Assembly: GCF_044704955.1 (NCBI RefSeq)
Contig: NC_091978.1
Span: 212,598,001 to 212,662,000, forward strand
Source: Pristiophorus japonicus
Lineage: Eukaryota
Reading direction: 5' to 3'
Length of the DNA: 64,000 bases
Shown: positions 1 through 11,200 of the stretch, piece after piece
How the letters are laid out: each line of letters opens with the position of its first letter
Numbering within the stretch: the first letter of the stretch is position 1
Notes under the pieces: generated by a model
The model's input: only the letters and a program-made list of their open reading frames with translations
Database searches by the model: none
Told to the model about the DNA's origin: nothing
Made by a program: the position numbers and the translations under genes

Positions 1-775
1 GCGAGAAAGAAAATGGGGAAACGACAGACCAGTTAGCCTGACATCAGTCGTAGGGAAAATGCTAGAATCTATTATTAAGGATGTGGTAACAGGGCACTTA
101 GAAAATAATAATAGGATTGGGCAGAGTCAATGTGGATTTATGAACGGGAAATCATATTTTACAAATCTAAGAGTTTTTTGTGATTGTAACTAGCAGAATA
201 GATATGGGGGGAACCAGTGGATGTGATGTATTTGGATTTTCAGAAGGCATTCGATAAGGTGCCACACGAGGTTATTAAACAAAATTAGGGCTCATGGGAT
301 TGGGGGTAATATATTAGAATGGATTAAGGATTGGTTAATGGACAGAAAACAGAGTGGGAATAAACGAGTCATTTTTGGGTTGGCAGTCTGTAACTAGTAG
401 GATGCCGCAAGGATCGGTGCTTGGGCCCCAGCTATTCACAATCTATCAATGATTTGGATGAGGGGACCAAATGTAATGCAGGTACAAAATCCCAAATCTG
501 GAATTCTAAAAACCAGAAATGTCTGAAAACTGGACATTTTGCAGATCACAGAAGGAGTCGTCTGGAATCCGGAAATATGTTCCGAAACTCGGACATTTTT
601 TTTTAAACGGCGCATTACAGACCTGTGATCGGTCCGAGCCTTTCGGAATGCCCCCCGAGCCGACCCGACCTAATCCACGTACTCCACTCGATCAGGCCCC
701 ACCCAACGTGACTCAAGCACTGTTTTTTTTCCCGATTTAAAGGTATTGTGAATTTGTGTTGTTTGCCATTGCAAC

Positions 776-3700
776 ATGTCAAAAAGACCAACAGATACCC
801 CAATGGATAATACAGGTAGTGCAAAGAGGAAGCATAATTCATTGTCAATTGCAAGAAAGTGGAATTACTCCAGAGATTAGATAGAGGTGCTTCAGTGAGA
901 ATACTGAGTGAGGAGTATGGTGTTGGAATCTCCACCATTTACGATTTAAAAAAAAAACAAAGAATAGATCATGAAGTTTTATGCAGAAAATGACGTTCAT
1001 TAAGAAATGAGTAAGAGAAAAACTATGCATAAGCCTAAAAGTGATGAGCTGGATCGAGTAATGATGGAGTGTGGGCGACAGAGAAGTGAAAAGGTTCCTT
1101 TGTCTGGCTCAATGGTGATGCAACAAGCCAAGATATTCCGTGCAGAACTGAAGATTGAAACTCCATGCGAGTACTCTTCAGGTTGGCTAACCAAATTTAA
1201 AAGATGTCATGGCATCAGGCAATTGAAAGTGTGTGGTGAAAAAGGCTCAGCAGATCATGAGGCAGCTGAAGGTGATATAGATGAGTTTGTTAAACTAATT
1301 GCTGATGAAAACCTTTCGGTTGATCAAATCTATAATACCGACAAGACAGCACTGTTTTGGCGCTATATACCGAGAAAGACATTAGCAACAGCAGAAGAAT
1401 CGCAGTGAGGAGGTGTAAAAGATGTCAAAGTTAGACTGGCTGTGCTTCTTGTGCAAATGCGGCTGGGACACAAGTGTAAGCTGATGGTCATTGGGAAAAG
1501 CCAGCATCCAAGATGTTTCAAGGGGGCGAGAGTATTCCAAGTGCATTATTGTGCTAATAAGAGAGCATGGGTAACCAGGGTAATTTTTCTGAACTGGTTT
1601 GAGAAGCATTTTATTCCCCAGGGCCCATGCTCATTGCACGGCAGCCGGCCTTGAAGAAAACTGCAAAATATTTTTGCTGGTAGACAATTGCTCAGCACAT
1701 CCTGATGCTGAGCTTCTAGTAAAGGATAATGTCCATGGAATCTAGTTACTTCCCAACGTAACATCACTGGTACAGCCAATGGACCAAGGAATTTTGAGGT
1801 CGATGAAGTGTCTACAAAAACGAATTCATGAGGTGTTTGCTTAGTGCTGTGATCAGAGGCATGGGGATAACTGTTCTCAAAAGGTTCCTTCTCTGTGAAG
1901 GATGCCATATGGGCAGCTGGAGATGTGTGGAATGAGGTAACTAGAGACACCTTGGCCAATGCTTAGCATAACCTCTGGCCAGCAACTATGTTTAGTGAAG
2001 ATGACGACGATGCTACGGATGTCTTTGAAAGTTTTCATGTGTCCAGGGAGAAGAAATGATCGCTGAAATTTTAGAATATGCAAAAGGGCTGACTCGTGAA
2101 GCTGCGCGAGAATTGAGTGAAGACGATATCGCAGAAGTCATGAACATAGACAATGATGTTCCTGTTGTGCATGTAGTGACAGAAGAAATTGTAGGCATGG
2201 TTTTGCGTCCAGAGGAAAAGGATGACAAAAGTAAGGGTGACGATACTGATGTTGATGATCAAGTGGAAAAAGTGTCCATTGACAAAGCTATCAATTTTTG
2301 TCAACGAAACATAGAAACATAGAAAATAGGTGCAGGAGTAGGCCATTTGGCCTATCGAGCCTGCACCACCATTCAATAAGATCATGGCTGATCATTCACC
2401 TCAATACCCCTTTCCTGCTTCCTGTCCATACCCCTTGATCCCTTTAGCCGTAAGGGCTGTATCTAACTCCCTCTTGAATATATCCAATGAACTGGCATCA
2501 ACAACTCTCTGCGGTAGAGAATTCCACGGGTTCACAACTGAGTGAAGAAGCTTCTCCTCATCTCGGTCCTAAATGGCTTACCCCTTATCCTTAGACTGTG
2601 ACTCCTGGTTCTGGACTTCTCCAGTATTGGGAACATTCTTCCTGCCTCTAACCTTTCCAATCCTGTCAGAATTTTATATGTTTCCAAGAGATTCCCTCTC
2701 ATTCATCTAAACTCCAGTGAATACAGGCCCAGTTGATCCAGTCTCCTCATGTCAGTCCTGCCCAGGAATCAGTCTGGTGAACCTTCGCTGCACTCCCTCA
2801 ATTGCAAGAACGTCCTTCCTCAGATTAGGAGACCAAAACTGAACACAATATTCCAGGTGAGGCCTCACCAAGGCCCTGTACAACTGCAGTAACACCTCCC
2901 TGCTCCTATACTCAAATCCTCTAGCTATGAAGGCCAACATGCCATTTGCCTTCTTCACCGCCTGCTGTACCTGCATGCCAACTTTCAATGACTGATGTAC
3001 CATGACACCCAGGTCTCATTGCACCTCCCCTTTTCCTATTGTGCCTTCGTGTTTTTGCCACCAAAGTGGATAACCTCACATTTATCCACATTATACTGCA
3101 TTTGCCCACTCACCTAACCTGTCCAAGTCACCCTGCAGCCTCTTAGCGTCCTCCACACAGCTCACACCACCACCCAGCTTAGTGTCATCTGCAAACTTGG
3201 AGATATTACACTCAATTCCTTCATCTAAATCATTGATGTATATTGTAAATAGCTGGGGTCCCAGCACTGAGCCCTGCGGCACCCCACTAGTCACTGCCTG
3301 CCATTCTGAAAAGGACCCGTTTATCCCGACTCTCTGCTTCCTGTCTGCCAACCAGTTCTCTATCCACATCAGTACATTACTCCCAATACCATATGCTTTA
3401 ATTTTGCACACTAATCTCTTGTGTGGGACCTTGTCAAAAGCCTTTTGAAAGCCCAAATACACCACATCCACTGATTCTCCCTTGTCCACTCTACTAGTTA
3501 CATCCTCAAAAAATTCCAGAAGATTTGTCAAGCATGATTTCCCTTTCATAAATCCATGCTGACTTGGACCGATACTGTCACTGCTTTCCAAATGCGCTGC
3601 TATTGCATCTCTAATAATTGATTCCAACATTTACTCCACTACTGATGTCAGACTAACGGGTCTAAAATTCCCCATTTTCTCGCTCCCTCCTTTTTAAAAA

Positions 3701-5330
3701 AGTGGTGTTACATTAGCTACCCTCCAGTCCATAGGAATTGATCCAGAGTCGATAGACTGTTGGAAAATGATCACCAATGCATCCACTATTTCTAGGGCCA
3801 CTTCCTTAAATACTCTGGGATGCAGACTATCAGGCCCCGGGGATTTATCGGCCTTCAATCCCAACAATTTCCCCAACACAATTTCCCGTCTAATAAGGAT
3901 TTCCTTCAGTTCCTCCTTCTCACTAGACTCTCGGTCCCCTAGTACTTCCGGAAGGTTATTTGTGTCTTCCTTTGTGAAGACCGAACCAAAGTATTTGTTC
4001 AACTGGTCTGCCATTTCTTTGTTCCCCATTATAAATTCACCTGAATTTGATTGCAAGGGACCTATGTTTGTCTTCACTAATCTTTTTCTATTCACATATC
4101 TATAGAAGCTTTTGCAGTCAGTTTTTATGTTCCCAGCAAGCTTCCTCTCATACTCTATATTCCCCCTCCTAATTAAACCCTTTTATCCTCCTCTGCTGAA
4201 TTCTAAATTTCTCCCAGTCCTCAGATTTGTTGCTTTTTCTGGCCAATTTATATGCCTCTTCCTTGGATTTAACACTATCCTTAATTTCACGATTGAGCCA
4301 CCTTCCCCGTTTTATTTTTACTCCAGACAGGGATGTACAATTGTTGAGGTTCATCCATGTGATCTTTAAATGTTTGCCATTGCCTATCCACCGTCAACCC
4401 TTTAAGTATCATTTGCCAGTCTATTCTAGCCAATTCACGTCTCATACTATCGAAGTTACCTTTCCTTAAGTTCAGGACCCTAATCTCTGAATTAACTGTC
4501 ACTCGCTATCTTAATAAAGAATTCTACCATATTATGGTCACACTTCCCCAAGGGGCCTCGCACAACAAGATTGCTAATTAGTCCTTTCCCATTACACATC
4601 ACCTAGTCTAGGATGGCCAGCCCTCTAGTTGGTTCCTCAACATATTGGTCTCGAAAACCATCCCTAATACACTCCAGGAAATCTTCCTCCACCACATTGC
4701 TATCAGTTTGGTTAGCCCAATCTATATGTAGATTAAAGTCACCCATGATAACTGCTGTACCTTTATTGCACGCATCCATAATTTCTTGTTTGATGCTGTC
4801 CCCAACCTCACTACTACTATTTGGTGGTCTGTACACAACTCCCACTAGCGTTTTCTGCCCTATGGTATTCCGCAGCTCCACCCATACCGATTCCACATCA
4901 TCCAAGCTAATGTCCTTCCTTACTATTGCGTTAATTTCCTCTTTAACCAGCAACTCTACCCCACCTCCTTTTCCTTTCTGTCTATCCTTCCTGAATGTTG
5001 AATACCCCTGGATGTTGAGTTCCCAGCCTTGGTCACCCTGGAGCCATGTCTCCGTGATGCCAATTATGTCATTTAATGAAACTTCATAAGTGAAGTCAAA
5101 ATAATGCAGGTGTATAAAATTTCAGAAAAAATAATGAAACAAAAGCCCAAATTACTTAAACAATTAAAATGAGTTGATCTGTTTCAAAAGGTATCTCAGC
5201 AGAGTGCCCAAGACCTACAGCCTACAACTACACCAGTAATTTCCAGATTTGAAAGTCCTATTGCTGGCCCATCTTCAGCCCCAGACATTATAACTGAGCC
5301 CTCTACCTCAAACACAACCTCCAGCTAATT
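776..5330 (+). pseudogene. Tigger transposase pseudogene (776-2306, resuming ~5068-5330 after a CR1 insertion)
   Basis: MSKRPTDTPM..LSEEYGVGISTIYDLKK, EYSSGWLTKFKRCHGI, KGSADHEAAE, DQIYNTDKTALFW, LLVDNCSAHP, VTSLVQPMDQGI. Several frameshifts and stops. Confidence 0.88.
2307..5067 (-). mobile_element. 5'-truncated CR1 LINE (endonuclease + RT + 3' tail) inserted in the Tigger
   Basis: Minus-strand ORFs 4603-4953 (VGVVYRPPNS, MGDFN), 3694-4095, 3091-3630 (FADDTKL) and 2752-3003. Tail reads aaacatagaaacatagaaa on the plus strand at 2307. Confidence 0.93.
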
Positions 5331-5469
5331 GTAACCTGTACCTATTTCTGTTCCGCTTACTTCGAAAGTGGATCACAGGAGGAATATTATTCTTTATACA
5401 TTACAGGGACCCTGCATTCTGTTTCATACTTGTACTCTGTTTACCAAATAAAAACCTTTATTTACTATA

Positions 5470-5942
5470 CAGGTTGAACCTCCCTTATCTGGCACCCTCG
5501 TGACTTGGCCTATGCCGAATAAGAGATTTTGCCGGATGAGGGGAGGTCAGCGGCCCGAGGAGGGGGGCGGGGCGGAGGAGGTCGGCAACCCGGGCGGGCC
5601 CTCAAGTGGATATGGAATCTTCTGCAACCTCCAAGCAGCAGTCTCTTACTCCTTTCCAGGTAAATGCTCAGCTAAATTAGATGCTACATTCTAAACTTCA
5701 CATCAAATGCTTTTATGCAAGTCCAAAGTAAGTAAAGTTGGTGCACAATGTGTACCAATCTTTTGGACAATTGTATGGTATGTAGACTAAGGAAATATGC
5801 TATTTCTTTCACCTGTGTTGTGTCAGCGCGGCCCCAAAGTCGGGGTGGACGTCGGCCGTGTTGTGCGCATGCGCCCCCAGGAATCATGCCAGACGAGGAA
5901 TGGTGCCGGATAAGGGATCCCGGATAAGGGAGGACCAACCTG
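5470..5942. mobile_element. Tc1/mariner-pogo type MITE with TA target duplication
   Basis: TA|CAGGTTGAACCTCCCTTATC ... GGATAAGGGAGGACCAACCTG|TA. Confidence 0.8.
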
Positions 5943-6840
5943 TATTATATTTCATACCTGTACTGTTTACCAAATAAAAATCTTTATATTTCATGCTTTC
6001 AGTATATTCCTTTTCATATTTTAAGTATATTTTAAGCTGTACATACCTTTTCAAAGATAAATCCAGAAAAATATGCAAACCAGCCCGGCCTCAAGTTTAC
6101 CGGATTCGGGACGTCGGATTGTCTCAGAAATCCGGAAATACCTGAAAATCGGCACTGCCTCGGTCCCGAGGTTTCCAGATTAGGGACGTTGTACCTCTAT
6201 ATCAAAGTTTGCTGATGATACAAAGCTAGGTGGGAATGTAAAGAGGCTTCAAGGGGATATAGACAGGCTAAGTGGATGGACAAGAACATGGAAAATGGAA
6301 TGAAATGAGAAATTATCCACTTTGGTATGAAAAATAGAGAAGCAGGGTATTTTTTAAATGGTGAGAGATTGGGAAATGTTGGTGTTCAGAGGGACCCGGG
6401 TGTCCTTTTGCACGAATTACTGAAAGTTGACATGCAGGTACAGCAAGCAATTAAGAAAGCAAATTGGTCTTTATTACAAGGGGATTTTAGAATAAGAGTA
6501 AAGACATCTTATTGCAATTATATAGGGGCCTGGTGAGACCTCACCTGGGGTATTGTGTACAGTTTTGGTCTCCTTAACCAAGAACAAAGGTTCACCAGAC
6601 TAATTCCTGTGGTGGGGGGATTGTCCTCTGAGGAGAGATTGAGTAGACTAGGCCTATATTCTCTAGAGTTTAGAAGAATGAGAAATGAGCTCAGAATAAG
6701 GGGTCGGCCATTTAGGACTGAGGTGAGGAACAACTTATTTACTCAGCGGGTGGTGAATCTTTGTAATTCTCTACCCCAGAGGGATGTAGAGGCTCAGTCT
6801 TTGAGTATATTCAAGACAGAGATCGATAGATTTTTGAATA

Positions 6841-7244
6841 CAGGTGCAGCGTCGAGAATCCGGAGTTCCGGAATCCAGACCTGCCGACCCCATCTCGCCG
6901 CCGCTGCCCTTACCTCAGGGCCTCCTCGCCGGCCCGCCCGCTGACCTACTCGGTAGAGCCCTGTCCGACGTGAACAGCTCCTAGTGGGGCCCCGGCTGAC
7001 AACCTCCTCAACGCGACCCCGCCTGACGCGAACAGCTCCTCCTCGGCGGGGCCGGATGGCCCCACCTGCTCCTCAGCAGCGACACCGCCGCCCCTTTCTG
7101 ACATTCCAAAATCCAGAAATACCCGAACCTGGGCTTGGGTGTTTTTGGATTCGTGACGTCAGAAAGCAAATTGGAAGTCCGGAAAAGCCCGTAATCCAGA
7201 ACGACCTCAGTCCTGAGAGTTCCGGATTTTAGGCGCTGCATGTG
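6841..7244. mobile_element. Tigger-type MITE inserted in the CR1 3' region
   Basis: TA|CAGGTGCAGCGTCGAGAATCCGGA ... TCCGGATTTTAGGCGCTGCATGTG. The CR1 sequence is continuous across the insertion. Confidence 0.7.
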
Positions 7245-8229
7245 TTTTAAGGGAATCAAGAGATTTGGGAACAGTGTAGGAAAGTGGAGTTGGGGTAGAA
7301 GATCAGCCATGATCTTATTGAAAGACTCGAGGGGCCGAATGGCCTACTCCTGCTCCTAATTGTTACGTTCTAAAATAATCTAAATATGTTTACATGGACA
7401 CAAATGTTTCAATTAGAATAAATTAATCTGTTTGCACTAGACATAACATTTTCAGGCATAGTTGGTGGGCAATTAGCCCAACTCTGTGCCAGCAATTAAA
7501 AGTTCCATGTCGTTGCGGATCATCTGTCAAGTTGGAACTTGACCGATCGCAAGTTTGGGATTTAGTGCATGCACTTTATCCCAAAATTGCTGTCATAAGA
7601 ACATAAAATTAGGAGCAGGAGCAGGCCATATGGCTCTTCAAGCCTGCTCTGCCATTTAACGGCTGATCTTTGACCTCAGTTCCACTTTCCGGCCTGATCA
7701 CCATATCCCTCGAGTCCAAAAATCTATATCTCAGCTTTGAATATACTGAATGACTCAGCATCCACAACCCTTTTGGGTAGAGAATTCCAAAGATTTACAA
7801 CCCTCTGTCCATTTGAAAGGTGGTATGACACCATACTCAGAGTACACCATTATATCAATTGCAAAATTCGGGTCATCATTCAGTAAATGATTTTTTAAGG
7901 GGGGAAATGAGGGAGGGAAACAAACTGTATGCAAAGTTTTTACTATATTTGTAATGGAGTCATGTTTTTGGGATAGGGTTTATGTAATTTGGGTCACTCT
8001 ACAGAGTAAGACCATGCCTGTCCCTCTGTATTCTCTTGTTAAATCCATGCTAGTAGGTTGGCCAAAATCACAAGAATAAAGAATTTACAAACGGTTTATT
8101 TAATTTACAAAAACAAATTTGAACAATCATCTATGTTATAGGGGTAGAGCCCCATTACAGAAAGAACATTAAAGCCATCATCATCATAGGCAGTCCCTTG
8201 GAATCGAGGAAGACTTGCTTCCACTCTTA

Positions 8230-11200
8230 GGGCCCAAGTTTCCACATGATAAAAAACGGGCGCCCCTCTGAGCTGGGCGCCCGTTTTTCAAGCCTAAAAC
8301 GGCGCCTAAAAAAAACCTCGCAATTCTGGAGCATTCTGCAGCTCCTTGTCTGCCTGGCGCGGCGCCCAGGGGGGCAGAGCTTACACTCGCGCCGATTTTG
8401 TAAGTGGGAGGGGGCGGGTACTATTTAAATTAGTTTTTTTTCCTGCCGGCAACGTTGCGCGTGCGCGTTGGATCGTTCGCGCATGCTCAGTGTGAAAAAA
8501 ACATTGGCACTCGGCCATTTTTGTAGTTCTTTGTAGCTGTTTAATTTTTGAACATTTTTTTAATAAAAGCACATTAGCACTTGCAGCCTTCTCACTGTCT
8601 CCTTCCCCCCTCCCCCGCGGGAACAAAACGGCTGTTCCCTTCCCCCCTCCCCTCCGCGGGAACGAAGTGACTGTTTAATTCCTCCCCTCCCCTCCCCGGG
8701 AACGAAGTGACTGTTTAATTCCTCCCCTCCCCTCCCCGGGAACGAAGTGACTGTTTAATTCCCCCCCCTCCCCTCCGCGGGAACGAAGTGACTGTTTAAT
8801 TCCCTCCCCCCCCCCTCCCCTCCCCGGGAACGAAGTGACTGTTTAATTCCTCCCCTCCCCTCCCCGGGAACGAAGTGACTGTTTAATTCCTCCCCTCCCC
8901 TCCCCGGGAACGAAGTGACTGTTTAATTCCCCCCCCTCCCCTCCGCGGGAACGAAGTGACTGTTTAATTCCCTCCCCCCCCCCTCCCCTCCCCGGGAACG
9001 AAGTGACTGTTTAATTCCCCCCCCTCCCCTCCGCGGGAACGAAGTGACTGTTTAATTCCCCCCCCCCCTCCCCTCCCCGGGAACGAAGTGACTGTTTAAT
9101 TCCCCCCCCTCCCCTCCCCGGGAACGAAGTGACTGTTTAATTCCCCCCCCTCCCCTCCGCGGGAACGAAGTGACTGTTTAATTCCCCCCCCCCCCCCCCC
9201 CCTCCCCGGGAACGAAGTGACTGTTTAATTCCCCCCCCCTCCCCTCCCCGGGAACGAAGTGACTGTTTAATTCCCCCCCCCCTCCCCTCCCCGGGAACGA
9301 AGTGACTGTTTAAATCCCCCCCCCTCCCCTCCCCGGGAACGAAGTGACTGTTTAATTCCCCCCCCCCTCCCCTCCCCGGGAACGAAGCGGCTGTTTAATT
9401 CCCCCCCCCCCCTCCCCGGGAACGAAGTGACTGTTTAATTCCCCCCCCCCTCCACGGGAACGAAGTGACTGTTTAATTCCCCCCCCTCCCCTCCGCGGGA
9501 ACGAAGTGACTGTTTAATTCCCCCCCCTCCCCTCCCCGGGAACGAAGCGGCTGTTTAATTCCCCCCCCCCCCTCCCCGGGAACGAAGTGACTGTTTAATT
9601 CCCCCCCCCCTCCCCGGGAACGAAGTGACTGTTTAATTCCCCCCCCTCCCCTCCGCGGGAACGAAGTGACTGTTTAATTCCCCCCCCCCCCCCCCTCCCC
9701 GGGAACGAAGTGACTGTTTAATTCCCCCCCCCTCCCCTCCCCGGGAACGAAGTGGCTGTTTAATTCCCCCCCCTCCCCTCCCCGGGAACGAAGTGACTGT
9801 TTAATTCCCCCCCCCCTCCCCGGGAACGAAGTGACTGTTTAATTCCCCCCTCCCCTCCCCGGGAACGAAGTGACTGTTTAATTCCCCCCCCCCTCCCCGG
9901 GAACGAAGTGACTGTTTAATTCCCCCCCCTCCCCTCCGCGGGAACGAAGTGACTGTTTAATTCCCCCCCCCCCCCCCTCCCCGGGAACGAAGTGACTGTT
10001 TAATTCCCCCCCCTCCCCTCCCCGGGAACGAAGTGACTGTTTAATTCCCCCCCCCCTCCCCGGGAACGAAGCGGCTGTTTAATTCCCCCCCCCCTCCCCG
10101 GGAACGAAGTGACTGTTTAATTCCCCCCCCTCCCCTCCGCGGGAACGAAGTGACTGTTTAATTCCCCCCCCCCCTCCCCTCCCCGGGAACGAAGCGGCTG
10201 TTTAATTCCCCCCCCCCCCTCCCCGGGAACGAAGTGACTGTTTAATTCCCCCCCTCCCCTCCCCGGGAACGAAGTGACTGTTTAATTCCCCCCCCCCCCT
10301 CCCCGGGAACGAAGTGACTGTTTAATTCCCCCCCCCTCCCCTCCCCGGGAACGAAGCGGCTGTTTAATTCCCCCCCCCCCCCTCCCCGGGAACGAAGTGA
10401 CTGTTTAATTCCCCCCCCCTCCCCTCCCCGGGAACGAAGTGACTGTTTAATTCCGCCCCCCCCTCCCCGGGAACGAAGTGACTGTTTAATTCCGCCCCCC
10501 CCTCCCCGGGAACGAAGTGACTGTTTAATTCCACCCCCCCTCCCCTCCCCGGGAACGAAGTGGCTGTTTAATTCCGCCCCCCCCTCCCCGGGAACGAAGT
10601 GACTGTTTAATTCCACCCCCCCTCCCCTCCCCGGGAACGAAGTGGCTGTTTAATTCCGCCCCCCCCTCCCCGGGAACGAAGTGGCTGTTTAATTCCCCCC
10701 CCTCCCCTCCCCGGGAACGAAGTGGCTGTTTAATTCCGCCCCCCCCTCCCCGGGAACGAAGTGACTGTTTAATTCCCCCCCCCCCCTCCCCGGGAACGAA
10801 GTGGCTGTTTAATTCCCCCCCCTCCCCTCCCCGGGAACGAAGTGGCTGTTTAATTCCGCCCCCCCCTCCCCGGGAACGAAGTGGCTGTTTAATTCCCCCC
10901 CCTCCCCTCCCCGGGAACGAAGTGACTGTTTAATTCCACCCCCCCTCCCCTCCCCGGGAACGAAGTGGCTGTTTAATTCCGCCCCCCCCTCCCCGGGAAC
11001 GAAGTGGCTGTTTAATTCCCCCCCCTCCCCTCCCCGGGAACGAAGTGGCTGTTTAATTCCGCCCCCCCCTCCCCGGGAACGAAGTGACTGTTTAATTCCG
11101 CCCCCCCCTCCCCGGGAACGAAGTGGCTGTTTAATTCCCCCCCCTCCCCTCCCCGGGAACGAAGTGGCTGTTTAATTCCCCCCCCCCCTCCCCGGGAACG

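Larger units (their letters stand above)
479..6197 (+). mobile_element. Tigger (pogo-family) DNA transposon, Tigger4/Zombi-like, interrupted
   Basis: Imperfect 25-bp TIRs: CAGGTACAAAATCCCAAATCTGGAA and TTCCAGATTAGGGACGTTGTACCTC (21/25 match), with TA on the right. Contains a CENP-B HTH + DDE transposase remnant. Confidence 0.88.
1..7370 (+). mobile_element. Degenerate CR1 LINE (RT to 3' end) split by insertions: pieces 1-478, 6198-6840 and 7245-7370
   Basis: RT motifs ([29 protein letters not shown]) stop at 478 and resume at 6198 with [10 protein letters not shown]. The CR1 3' end lies near 7340-7370. Confidence 0.88.

Noticed and set aside
776-2306. Domesticated JRK/JRKL/TIGD gene
   Set aside because: It has frameshifts, stops, a CR1 insertion and flanking TIRs, so it is a dead transposon.
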